Of a stretch of 37,295 nucleotides of DNA, positions 9,277 through 18,348 are shown in pieces. The notes beneath the pieces were generated by a model. The model worked only from the letters and a program-made list of their open reading frames with translations, was not told the DNA's origin and did no database searches. A program made the position numbers and the translations under genes. Position 1 is the stretch's first letter; each line of letters opens with the position of its first letter. The stretch covers positions 1 to 37,295 of the forward strand of contig JANQTK010000252.1 of the NCBI GenBank assembly GCA_030731695.1, written 5' to 3'. Origin of the DNA: Polaribacter sp. Lineage in GTDB: Bacteria > Bacteroidota > Bacteroidia > Flavobacteriales > Flavobacteriaceae.

Positions 9277-10272
9277 ATGAGTAAAATCACTGCAGCTATT
9301 ACAGCAGTAGGAAAATACGTACCTGAATATGTATTAACAAATAAAGAATTAGAGACTTTTGTTGATACAAATGATGAATGGATTACTACAAGAACAGGAA
9401 TCAAAGAACGAAGAATTTTGAAAGGCGAAGGTTTAGGAACGTCTTTCATGGCAATTAAAGCTGCACAAGATTTATTACATAAATCAAATACCAATCCCGA
9501 AGAAATAGATTTGGTGATAGTTGCAACTGCTACACCAGATTTAATGGTTGCTTCAACAGCAGTATATACAGCCACAGAAATTGGCGCAATCAATGCCTTT
9601 GCATACGATTTACAAGCAGCGTGTTCTAGTTTTTTATACGGAATGTCAACTGCGGCAAGTTACATAGAATCAGGAAGATATAAAAAAGTATTGGTTATTG
9701 GAGCAGATAAAATGTCATCCATAATTGATTATACTGATAGAGCAACCTGTATTATTTTTGGAGATGGAGCAGGAGCAGCATTGTTTGAACCAAATTCAGA
9801 AGGTTTTGGATTAAAAGATGAATATTTACGAAGTGATGGAATTGGAAGAGAATTTTTAAAGATTGATGCAGGTGGATCAATTTTACCTCCTTCCTTAGAA
9901 ACTGTAAAAAATGGACAACATTTTGTGCATCAAGAAGGAAAAACAGTTTTTAAATATGCTGTTTCTAATATGGCTGAGGTTTCTGAAAAGATGTTGACAA
10001 GAAACAATCTTACTAAAGAAGACATTCAGTGGTTAGTGCCTCATCAAGCGAACAAAAGAATTATTGAAGCAACAGCAAATAGAGTAGGTGTTGAACCCGA
10101 AAAAGTGATGGTAAATATTCACAAGTATGGAAATACAACTTCAGCAACATTACCACTATTATTAGCTGATTACGAAAATCAATTGAAAAAAGGAGACAAT
10201 TTAATTTTTGCAGCCTTTGGTGGTGGCTTTACTTGGGGAGCAATTTATCTAACTTGGGCATATAACTCATAA
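9277..10272 (+). CDS. fabH: 3-oxoacyl-ACP synthase III
   Basis: WITTRTGIKERR, AACS, FGDGAGA, PHQANKRI, GNTTSA, FGGGFTWG. Confidence 0.97.
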   Translation: MSKITAAITAVGKYVPEYVLTNKELETFVDTNDEWITTRTGIKERRILKGEGLGTSFMAIKAAQDLLHKSNTNPEEIDLVIVATATPDLMVASTAVYTATEIGAINAFAYDLQAACSSFLYGMSTAASYIESGRYKKVLVIGADKMSSIIDYTDRATCIIFGDGAGAALFEPNSEGFGLKDEYLRSDGIGREFLKIDAGGSILPPSLETVKNGQHFVHQEGKTVFKYAVSNMAEVSEKMLTRNNLTKEDIQWLVPHQANKRIIEATANRVGVEPEKVMVNIHKYGNTTSATLPLLLADYENQLKKGDNLIFAAFGGGFTWGAIYLTWAYNS

Positions 10273-10299
10273 AAATATAACAACTAAACAATCATAATT

Positions 10300-10782
10300 A
10301 TGGATATCAAAGAAATTCAAAATCTCATAAAATTTGTAGCAAAATCTGGTGCAAGCGAGGTGAAGTTAGAAATGGAGGATGTAAAAATCACTATTAAAAC
10401 TGGCCCTGGTTATACAGAAACAACCTATGTTCAAGCTGCTCCTGTTCAACAAACTGCTCCTCAAGTTGCAGCTGCTCCAGTTTCTCAACCGGTTTCAGAA
10501 ACTCCAGCTCCAATTGCTAAAGCAGTAGATGTTGCAACAAATTACATCACTGTAAAATCTCCAATTATTGGAACTTTTTATAGAAAACCATCTCCAGATA
10601 AGCCGAATTTTGTAGAAGTTGGTTCAGAAATCAATACAGGAGATGTGGTTTGTGTGATTGAAGCAATGAAATTATTCAATGAAATAGAGTCTGAAATTTC
10701 TGGAAAAGTTGTTAAAATTTTAGTTGACAATGCGTCACCAGTAGAATTTGATCAGCCTTTATTTTTGGTTGACCCATCTTAA
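10300..10782 (+). CDS. accB: Acetyl-CoA carboxylase biotin carboxyl carrier protein
   Basis: Pro/Ala linker, SPIIGTFY, EAMKL biotinylation motif. Confidence 0.98.
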   Translation: MDIKEIQNLIKFVAKSGASEVKLEMEDVKITIKTGPGYTETTYVQAAPVQQTAPQVAAAPVSQPVSETPAPIAKAVDVATNYITVKSPIIGTFYRKPSPDKPNFVEVGSEINTGDVVCVIEAMKLFNEIESEISGKVVKILVDNASPVEFDQPLFLVDPS

Positions 10783-10864
10783 TTGAAGTTAGAAATTGAG
10801 ATGTATCAAGAAATTTACGAAACATCAAACAGCTAAAAGTTTACAAATCTAATATCAAAAAAAG

Positions 10865-12202
10865 ATGTTCAAAAAAATATTAGTTGCCAACAGAGGAGAA
10901 ATTGCATTACGAGTTATAAGAACTTGTAAAGAGATGGGAATCAAAACAGTAGCTGTATATTCTACAGCCGATGCTGAAAGTTTACACGTACGTTTTGCAG
11001 ACGAAGCAGTGTGTATTGGACCTCCAGCAAGTAGTGAATCCTATTTAAAAATGTCAAATATTATTGCTGCTGCAGAAATTACCAATGCAGATGCAATTCA
11101 CCCAGGATATGGGTTTTTATCAGAAAATGCTAAATTTTCTAATTTGTGTGAAGAGCATAAAATAAAATTCATTGGTGCTACAGGCAAGATGATTGATCAA
11201 ATGGGTGATAAATCGAATGCAAAAGCAACTATGAAAGCAGCAGGAGTACCTTGTGTTCCTGGCTCTGAGGGAATTATTGCTGATTTTGAACAATGTAAAA
11301 AAGTAGCTTTAGAAACAGGATATCCAGTAATGTTAAAAGCATCCGCAGGTGGTGGAGGTAAGGGAATGCGTGCTGTTTGGAAACCTGAAGATTTAAAAAA
11401 CGCGTGGGATTCTGCAAGACAAGAAAGTAAAGCTGCCTTTGGAAATGATGATATGTATATGGAAAAACTCATTGAAGAGCCAAGACATATTGAAATTCAA
11501 ATTGTTGGAGATGCTTATGGAAAAGCATGTCATTTATCAGAAAGAGATTGTTCTGTGCAAAGACGTCATCAAAAATTGACAGAAGAAACACCTTCTCCAT
11601 TTATGACAGATGAATTGAGAGAAGCAATGGGAAATGCAGCTGTAAAAGCGGCTGAATACATTAGCTATGAAGGTGCTGGAACTATCGAATTTTTGGTTGA
11701 TAAACACCGAAATTTCTATTTTATGGAGATGAATACTCGTATACAAGTTGAGCATCCAATTACTGAAGAAGTTATTAATTATGATTTAATCAGAGAGCAA
11801 ATATTAGTAGCTGCGGGTGTGCCAATTTCAGGAAAAAATTACTATCCTCAAATGCATTCTATAGAATGTAGAATCAATGCTGAAGACCCTTACAACGGGT
11901 TTAGACCAGCTCCAGGAAGAGTAACAACTTTTCACGCGCCAGGAGGTCATGGAGTTAGAATGGATACACATGTGTATGCAGGCTATATGATTCCGCCAAA
12001 CTACGATTCTATGATTGCAAAGTTGATTGTAACTGCCCAAACAAGAGAAGAAGCGATTAATAAAATGAAAAGAGCGTTGGATGAATTTGTGATTGAAGGC
12101 ATTAAAACAACCATCCCTTTTCATAGACAATTGATGGATCATCCTGATTATGTTGCTGGAAATTATACCACAAAATTTATGGAAAATTTCGAAATGAAAT
12201 AA
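10865..12202 (+). CDS. accC: Acetyl-CoA carboxylase biotin carboxylase
   Basis: [47 protein letters not shown]. Confidence 0.98.
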   Translation: MFKKILVANRGEIALRVIRTCKEMGIKTVAVYSTADAESLHVRFADEAVCIGPPASSESYLKMSNIIAAAEITNADAIHPGYGFLSENAKFSNLCEEHKIKFIGATGKMIDQMGDKSNAKATMKAAGVPCVPGSEGIIADFEQCKKVALETGYPVMLKASAGGGGKGMRAVWKPEDLKNAWDSARQESKAAFGNDDMYMEKLIEEPRHIEIQIVGDAYGKACHLSERDCSVQRRHQKLTEETPSPFMTDELREAMGNAAVKAAEYISYEGAGTIEFLVDKHRNFYFMEMNTRIQVEHPITEEVINYDLIREQILVAAGVPISGKNYYPQMHSIECRINAEDPYNGFRPAPGRVTTFHAPGGHGVRMDTHVYAGYMIPPNYDSMIAKLIVTAQTREEAINKMKRALDEFVIEGIKTTIPFHRQLMDHPDYVAGNYTTKFMENFEMK

Positions 12203-12225
12203 TGAAATAAATTTGATAAAATACC

Positions 12226-12263
12226 AAAAAGAGAATGCATCAAAAATGTGTTCTCTTTTTTTT
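12226..12263 (+). terminator. Intrinsic terminator after accC
   Basis: GAGAATGCAT-CAAAA-ATGTGTTCTC stem with G-U pairs, followed by T8. Confidence 0.75.
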
Positions 12264-12287
12264 ATCTTTAAAACTTTAAATATCAAT

Positions 12288-12737
12288 ATGAAAATAGACG
12301 GAATTGATAAAATAATTATTAAAAGTTTGGTGAATGATGCACGAACACCCATTTTGAGTATCGCCAGAGAAGTTGGTATATCTGGAGCTGCTATTCATCA
12401 ACGTTTGCGAAAATTGGAAAAATCTAACTTAATTGAAGGGTATAAAATGGTTATCAATCCAAAGGCTTTGGGATACACAACCACTGCTTTTGTAGGTGTT
12501 TTTTTAGATGCATCCAATCTCTATTCATCAGCGATAAAACGATTGAAAGAAATCCCTGAAATTGTAGAAAGTCATTATACTACTGGGAATTATGCTATTT
12601 TCATCAAAATTATGTGTAAAAATAATGAAGATTTGATGCATTTATTGAATAAAGATATTCAGAATATCAAAGGTGTTTCAAGAACTGAAACATTCATTTC
12701 TTTAGATCAACAAATTGATAGACAAATTGCCATTTAG
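12288..12737 (+). CDS. Lrp/AsnC family transcriptional regulator
   Basis: IDKII..L..DAR.P...IAREVGIS...IHQRLRKLE HTH, plus RAM domain (HYTTGNY, GVSRTET). Start at ATG 12288. Confidence 0.93.
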   Translation: MKIDGIDKIIIKSLVNDARTPILSIAREVGISGAAIHQRLRKLEKSNLIEGYKMVINPKALGYTTTAFVGVFLDASNLYSSAIKRLKEIPEIVESHYTTGNYAIFIKIMCKNNEDLMHLLNKDIQNIKGVSRTETFISLDQQIDRQIAI

Positions 12738-12770
12738 TTGTCGAAATAAACAAACAGTGGTATTAAATTC

Positions 12771-12833
12771 AATTCGTCGAAACTAAATTACATTTGGACG
12801 ATTGTAGATTGCAATTTGTCGATAATTGAAATC
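12771..12833 (+). repeat. Three imperfect direct repeats with exact 21-bp period (putative regulator boxes)
   Basis: Cores GTCGA 12776, GACGA 12797, GTCGA 12818, each preceded by CA(A/T)TTn. Confidence 0.6.
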
Positions 12834-12851
12834 AAAGTTTCAAATAGAAAT

Positions 12852-12859
12852 TATCTTTG
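12852..12859 (+). promoter_or_regulatory. -7 promoter element with no convincing downstream CDS
   Basis: TATCTTTG, a perfect TAnnTTTG match, downstream of the 21-bp repeats. Confidence 0.6.
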
Positions 12860-12863
12860 TGTC

Positions 12864-12947
12864 CTATTGTAATAGAAATATTAAATATATTTATTGGGGG
12901 ATTTATATATTTAAACATTAAAGAGCTTAGAAATAAGCTCTTTTTTT
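12864..12947 (+). ncRNA. Candidate small RNA (~85 nt) with a G-rich hairpin loop
   Basis: Lies between a promoter motif and a terminator. Perfect 10-bp stem TTAAATATAT/ATATATTTAA around loop TTATTGGGGGATTT. The 5' end is estimated. Confidence 0.55.
12920..12947 (+). terminator. Intrinsic terminator (may also serve the convergent HAD gene)
   Basis: AAAGAGCTTA-GAAA-TAAGCTCTTT, T7 tract on the + strand. Confidence 0.85.
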
Positions 12948-12970
12948 ATTGGGTTATTTTTACTCTTCTT

Positions 12971-13591
12971 TTATCGATTCAATACTTTCAAAATATTTAC
13001 TGTATCATAATTCTGAACGTGATATGTTTTTATGCCAACCTTTTGAGCACCTTCAATATTACTTATAGCATCATCAACAAAAAGAGTTTCTGAAGCCACT
13101 AAGTTACTGTCCTCTAAAATGAAATTGAAAATTGCTTCATCTGGTTTTCTAATTCCTATTTCATGTGAATAGTATGCTTTTTTAAAGAGATCGTTAAATG
13201 AACTATTAAAACTATTTTTATAAGTATCTAAATATTCTTTTTGATGAATTTTATTGGTGTTACTTAGCAGAAAAAGAGTGTAATTTTTTCGTAATTCTTT
13301 TAAAAAATCAATGCGTTCTTTTGGCATATCTAGTATCATAGCATTCCAGGCTTTTATTATTTCTTGATGATTTGGAGATTTATCAGATAAATTAAACAGC
13401 GATTCTAGAAAGTCGTTTTCTGAAATTTTACCAATTTCAAAATCGTAAAAAAATGAATATTGATAATGATGGCCTGTGTCATTAACGATATTTTTAATAC
13501 CTAATGCTTTAAAAGCTTCAATTGTTTTAGGGACATCTAAATTCATGATTACACCTCCCAAATCAAAAACTATGTTTTTTATCTTCTTCAT
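12971..13591 (-). CDS. HAD family phosphatase, YihX-like
   Basis: FDLGGV motif I, LLSNTN motif II, RKP, LFVDD motif IV. Confidence 0.9.
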   Translation of the reverse strand: MKKIKNIVFDLGGVIMNLDVPKTIEAFKALGIKNIVNDTGHHYQYSFFYDFEIGKISENDFLESLFNLSDKSPNHQEIIKAWNAMILDMPKERIDFLKELRKNYTLFLLSNTNKIHQKEYLDTYKNSFNSSFNDLFKKAYYSHEIGIRKPDEAIFNFILEDSNLVASETLFVDDAISNIEGAQKVGIKTYHVQNYDTVNILKVLNR

Positions 13592-13750
13592 TTTTAAAGT
13601 ATTTATAGATAATTATCTTTTTTAAAATTACGAAAATAATTTGAAGAAGAAATTGTTTTTTACTCAAAATTAGGATAAAGCGAATCAAATATTTTATAGT
13701 CTTTGATTAAAAAGTTTGCTTGATAAGCAGCTTATTTATCAACGTATTCC

Positions 13751-13785
13751 AAAAAGAAAGAGGTCACTTTTAAGTGACCTCTTTC
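13751..13785 (-). terminator. Intrinsic terminator after LruC-type gene
   Basis: Perfect inverted repeat GAAAGAGGTCACTT/AAGTGACCTCTTTC with T-run on the minus strand. Confidence 0.85.
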
Positions 13786-13811
13786 AATTAATTTTATTGA
13801 ATCTACTGAAT

Positions 13812-15896
13812 TTATTTGTTATAAATATTGGAACTATTTCTAAAACCTGATTCGTTTTTATACCAATTTTTATACTCTATTCCATCGCTTAAAACCCAAT
13901 TAATAAATTTTAAGTGACTTACATCAATACTTGCTTTTTCGATAGGATACTCAAAACGACTTGGAAAATTAATAGCCCAAGGTAAGTTGTCTTTAGTTTT
14001 GTAATATTTTCCTATTGCAGATTGAGAATTGTCAAAAGAAGTCCCAAAGTAGGATAAATCAGCTAAATCAGTTGGAGCATAATTAGGTAAGTGAACTTCT
14101 TTACCTCTTTCTTTATTTACGATGATAAATGGATTGAAAGGAGCCATTCCGAATGTATTTATATCAACTGGACTTGCTAAATCTATAGTTACAACAATGG
14201 TATCTGAGACAACAAACGGCTGATCTGGTCTCGTATTACCATAACCTTGTTTCCATGCATTGTCAAAAACAATAATTGTGGCATTTCTTTGACCCGATTC
14301 TGTTCCATTACTATTTGTTTTTATATATCCTTCAGTGTATCTTGTTCCTTTTACAGAGGCAATACGCGATGGATCTACACCAGGAATTGAGAAACCAAAA
14401 CCATTTTGAAAACTTGCTCCAATAGCTCTTACAATGAATTTTGCTTCTAAACTAACAACTTTATTATCAGCATTTGAAATTCTGTTGAAGTTATAATCTA
14501 CCACTAAATCGTTGAAATCATAATCACCTTTTGATGGCCATAAATCTTCAAAGGCTAGCGTTCCAAACATATTGCTACTAGGAAAAAAGTTATTAAATGC
14601 TAATTTTGGATCGTTTGGATAATCATCTGAACTATCATTAATACCATCTTTATCAGTATCTATAGGATCAGGATTTACCTTTTGGATATTGTCTATTTCA
14701 ACATTTTCTATAGGATTTGCAGTTGCATAAAAAACAGCATCATTAAAGTCATTGTCACCACCTGGACGAATTAAATCTTCAAATCCTATTAAGAATAAGT
14801 CTCTTTTATCATCAAAAAGCATTACAGTGTGTTGACGATCTTTAATGTCTGTTTCAGGATTTAACTCTAAATTAGAGTATAACAAACCTAAACCTTCTGT
14901 TGATTGTTTTGTTTTATCATCCCAACCATTACGCATCAACATCCAACCTACTACTGTATTTTTTTCAAAAACACCTAGAGAAACTTTGTCACCAGAATCC
15001 AAACCTCCGCCTGAACCTCTAAATGATGCATTTGGGAAAATCACAAAACATTCTTTGATATCTGCTGGAGTTTTAGGTGGAAAATCTCTGTCGTAAGTAT
15101 AGTATGCCAATACATTTTTATATCCTGCACCTTCAGATACAAAGGTAATCCATACTTCTGCTTTATCTAAAATTACTAGATTATGTTGGTTGTTTCCTAA
15201 TAGATATTCTGGATGATATTTTGGTACAGGCAAATATTCTGGCAAAGCGTTGTTTACATCTTTAAGAAAATCTTTATTTATTTTATCTGGTGTTTTTTCT
15301 AAGTAATTAGGAACTCCATTACCATCATAGGTGCCTAAATAATTAATTTTAACATTCGCATTCAATTTACTTTTAAGGGTATTTTCTAGCTTTGAATAGT
15401 AAGATTTGCTGCTATAATTTTGACTTTTTTGACTATTTTTTGTGCCTCCAAAAGTAAAATTAACGTTCCCATTTTCTATTGGCACTTTCGTTTCTGGGAT
15501 CAAACCAATAAAGTCAGTTTTTAAAACAACTTCTTCCATATCAGCTTCGAAAGTATAATTCACCACAAATTCTCCTTGTACATTAGTAACACCATTGATA
15601 ATTTCAACACCATTTTCTTCTTCAAAATTTGTCCAAACACTTACTTTAACATTAGAAATGGCATTTCCTTCATTATCTTTCGTTTTAATTGTTACCTTAG
15701 TTTCTTTGGTATTTTTCCAATTAAAATTTGGAGAAGCTTTTAAATTGTCAATGGTAACTTCTCCTGAATCTTCAGGAAGTTCTGTAAAATCTTTACTACA
15801 AGAGCTTAGGAAAATAATTGTCAAAACAAAAATTTTCATTAGTAATGAATAATTATTCAAACTAACTTTTTTAATGGAGGGGATGTGGTTTTTCAT
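13812..15896 (-). CDS. LruC (DUF4842)-domain surface lipoprotein with DUF4114-like domain
   Basis: Lipobox FLSSC, two FEDL...GD.DFND motifs, acidic DTDKDGINDSSDDYPNDP segment, EVHLP..APT and LPWAI..P..F.YP.E. Alternative start at 15839. Confidence 0.8.
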   Translation of the reverse strand: MKNHIPSIKKVSLNNYSLLMKIFVLTIIFLSSCSKDFTELPEDSGEVTIDNLKASPNFNWKNTKETKVTIKTKDNEGNAISNVKVSVWTNFEEENGVEIINGVTNVQGEFVVNYTFEADMEEVVLKTDFIGLIPETKVPIENGNVNFTFGGTKNSQKSQNYSSKSYYSKLENTLKSKLNANVKINYLGTYDGNGVPNYLEKTPDKINKDFLKDVNNALPEYLPVPKYHPEYLLGNNQHNLVILDKAEVWITFVSEGAGYKNVLAYYTYDRDFPPKTPADIKECFVIFPNASFRGSGGGLDSGDKVSLGVFEKNTVVGWMLMRNGWDDKTKQSTEGLGLLYSNLELNPETDIKDRQHTVMLFDDKRDLFLIGFEDLIRPGGDNDFNDAVFYATANPIENVEIDNIQKVNPDPIDTDKDGINDSSDDYPNDPKLAFNNFFPSSNMFGTLAFEDLWPSKGDYDFNDLVVDYNFNRISNADNKVVSLEAKFIVRAIGASFQNGFGFSIPGVDPSRIASVKGTRYTEGYIKTNSNGTESGQRNATIIVFDNAWKQGYGNTRPDQPFVVSDTIVVTIDLASPVDINTFGMAPFNPFIIVNKERGKEVHLPNYAPTDLADLSYFGTSFDNSQSAIGKYYKTKDNLPWAINFPSRFEYPIEKASIDVSHLKFINWVLSDGIEYKNWYKNESGFRNSSNIYNK

Positions 15897-16083
15897 AATT
15901 TGGATTTTTTTAAGATAAAGACTAAAGTTAATGCTTATAAAGTGCTGAAAATATGACTTTTATCATGAAAGTAGTCTTCGGTTTAATTGGTTTGGGGTTT
16001 AAAAATTTACTATGTTTTTTTTGGGTTATAATTGAATTTATGGAACACAACTAATTTACAAATAAAATTCAATATTCTTGATG

Positions 16084-16091
16084 CAAAGGTA
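16084..16091 (-). promoter_or_regulatory. -7 promoter element upstream of LruC-type gene
   Basis: Minus-strand TACCTTTG followed by C, about 190 nt upstream of the start codon. Confidence 0.55.
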
Positions 16092-16213
16092 ATTTTAAAA
16101 TAAAGTGAAAAATCTATCAATTAGCTGATTTATAATTTGCTATCGATAAACGGAATATTTCTAAAGACGAAATACATCAAATAAAAAGAGAAAAGGATCG
16201 TTGTATGAATCAT

Positions 16214-17248
16214 CTAATGAATAAAAACCATAGCATCAGGAACTCTTCCAGTACCAATAGTGCTAATGATTTTAAATGTTTTCATGTCAATTACTTCAAT
16301 TTTATCCGCATTAGAATTGGCAACATAAGCATACAACCCATTTGGATGCATTAAAATATTTACAGGACGAGGTGTGTGATATAGTAATTTTTCAAGAAGT
16401 GTAGTTTTTCCATGAAGATAAATGGTTTTTATATCCTTCTTAGTTTGTTGATTGAATACTGAAACTGTTCCATCTGTTGCATTGGCAACCAAACAATATT
16501 TCCCATCAATAGAAAAACTCAGTTTTAAAGACTCATTTCCTGAGGTTAATGTATTGGTAATAGTATAATTTGTAGTATCAATAACTGTTATTGAATTTTC
16601 ATTGATGTTTGTTACCCAAATTTCAGAACCATCAGGAGTAATGTCAATTCCTTTTCTTCCCAAACCACATACAATAATTTTAATGACTTTATTAAGATTG
16701 AGGTCTATGACACTTATGGAGCTAGAATTAATATTAGTTACATAAGCAATTGGTTTTTTTGGATGCAAAACAACCAAATGACTTTTTTCTTGTTCAGTTG
16801 ATATTTGTTTTTCAATACTATCATTTTCAATATTTAGAACAACTAAATCATTGGAAACATAATCGATTATTGCTACTTTTTCTTTTTCGGGTAAGGCAAC
16901 TATGCCATTTCCATAAATTTTTTTGTTAAATACTTTTTCTAAACTATTCGTTTTTGTATTTATAATCTTAATGTTATTTTTATTAGAATTACCAAAATTA
17001 GTGAGTACAATTTTTTGTTCGTTTGATATTTTAACTGCTTCATGAGATAACATATCAATAGAAATTTCGGCAATTTCCTTTCCACTAAATAAATCAAAAA
17101 CCTGAACATTTTCAGTTACTTTACTTACAATGTATAATTTTCCACTAGTTTTTATTGAATAAGAAGGTAATCTAATAATCAATGTTGAAATTCGAAATAA
17201 CAAAAAAAGAACTCCCAAAAAAAGCAATACATATTTTAAACGCTTCAT
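16214..17248 (-). CDS. YncE/YVTN-type beta-propeller protein
   Basis: Repeated YVTN/WVTN/YVAN...ISVID blades, N-terminal hydrophobic segment. Confidence 0.82.
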   Translation of the reverse strand: MKRLKYVLLFLGVLFLLFRISTLIIRLPSYSIKTSGKLYIVSKVTENVQVFDLFSGKEIAEISIDMLSHEAVKISNEQKIVLTNFGNSNKNNIKIINTKTNSLEKVFNKKIYGNGIVALPEKEKVAIIDYVSNDLVVLNIENDSIEKQISTEQEKSHLVVLHPKKPIAYVTNINSSSISVIDLNLNKVIKIIVCGLGRKGIDITPDGSEIWVTNINENSITVIDTTNYTITNTLTSGNESLKLSFSIDGKYCLVANATDGTVSVFNQQTKKDIKTIYLHGKTTLLEKLLYHTPRPVNILMHPNGLYAYVANSNADKIEVIDMKTFKIISTIGTGRVPDAMVFIH

Positions 17249-17304
17249 AAAACTTAAAAAAACAATTCAATTATTATTGATGAAGAATGAAAGAATACTA
17301 TTGA

Positions 17305-18348
17305 TTAATTAACAAAAGCAAGACCATCAGGCATATCACCAACCTTAATACTACTAACAATGGCAAAAGTACGCAAATCAATTACCTCAATTCTACTTGC
17401 TGTAAAATTTGATATAAAAGCGTATTTTCCATTGGGATGCATTAAAATTCCCACAGGTCTTGGTGTATGATAAAGTAGTTTTTCGAGAATATTTTTTTTC
17501 CCAGGAATTGTAATGGTTGCGATTTGTTTTTTTGTGTTGCTATCGTAAACAGAAACAGTTCCTTCCTTTGAATTTGATACTAGACAATACTTTCCATCAA
17601 TCGAAAATTTTAAACGCAAAGGCTCTTTTCCTGTTTTAATTCGGTCAGTAATTTCATAGGTTGTGGAATTGATAACAGAAATAACATTTTCTTCGATGTT
17701 TGTTACCCAAAGTTCAGCTCCATCTTTTGTGATATCAATTCCTTCAGAATGCTTGCCAATTGAAATGATTTTAATAACTGAATCTAATTTTACATCTATA
17801 ACACTCACTGAACCTGATTTAATATTCGCAACATAAATTAAAGGTTTAAAAGGATGATGAACCAATAAATGACTTAGATTTTGCTTTGTTGATATTTGCT
17901 TTTCTAAAACACCTGTTTTTACATTCACTATGGACAAATGATTTCCTATATCTGTAACAACTGCTACTTTATTTGGTTCGGGTAGTGAAATAATTCCATG
18001 AGGTCGTAAACTTTCGCCAATAGATATGGTTTTTTCTAAGGTGTTGGTTTTTACATCGATAACTGAAACACTTTTTCCACCAACATCTGGAGTTCCGTAA
18101 TTGGTTACAATTACACGATTTGGGTTGGTGATTGCAGTAGCTTCATGCGGTTCAATTTCCATAGGCAATTCTTTAATTTGCTCGCCTTTTAGCAAATCAA
18201 AAATCACAACACTTTTACTTACCTTATTTACAACATACAAAGTGCCCTCTGTTTTGATTGTATAAGAAGGTTGTTTGATAAAATAATACAGTATAAATGA
18301 CAAGAAAATGAAACCAAAAATTGAGAATAGGACTTTTATGTTTTTCAT
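17305..18348 (-). CDS. YncE/YVTN-type beta-propeller protein (paralog)
   Basis: Same blade repeats and shared LEKLLYHTPRPV segment. Start overlaps the GMC stop (ATGA). Confidence 0.82.
   Translation of the reverse strand: MKNIKVLFSIFGFIFLSFILYYFIKQPSYTIKTEGTLYVVNKVSKSVVIFDLLKGEQIKELPMEIEPHEATAITNPNRVIVTNYGTPDVGGKSVSVIDVKTNTLEKTISIGESLRPHGIISLPEPNKVAVVTDIGNHLSIVNVKTGVLEKQISTKQNLSHLLVHHPFKPLIYVANIKSGSVSVIDVKLDSVIKIISIGKHSEGIDITKDGAELWVTNIEENVISVINSTTYEITDRIKTGKEPLRLKFSIDGKYCLVSNSKEGTVSVYDSNTKKQIATITIPGKKNILEKLLYHTPRPVGILMHPNGKYAFISNFTASRIEVIDLRTFAIVSSIKVGDMPDGLAFVN

Noticed and set aside
10783-10864. accB-accC spacer with faint heptamer-like, partly complementary arms
   Set aside because: Too degenerate to define a repeat unit or stable structure.
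12740-12833. Repeats considered as a mini-CRISPR array or integration scar
   Set aside because: Cores are only 5-10 bp with a 21-bp period, and there are no cas, integrase or tRNA genes nearby.
12891-12904. GGA-containing loop read as a CsrB/Rsm-type RNA or a Shine-Dalgarno site
   Set aside because: Only one such loop, no downstream start codon, and Flavobacteria rarely use SD pairing.
12857-13093. 78-aa plus-strand ORF across the candidate sRNA
   Set aside because: Starts at a TTG inside the promoter motif, crosses a strong terminator and overlaps the HAD gene in antisense.
13723-13735. Palindrome ATAAGC-A-GCTTAT upstream of the HAD gene
   Set aside because: Short, single occurrence, no supporting context.
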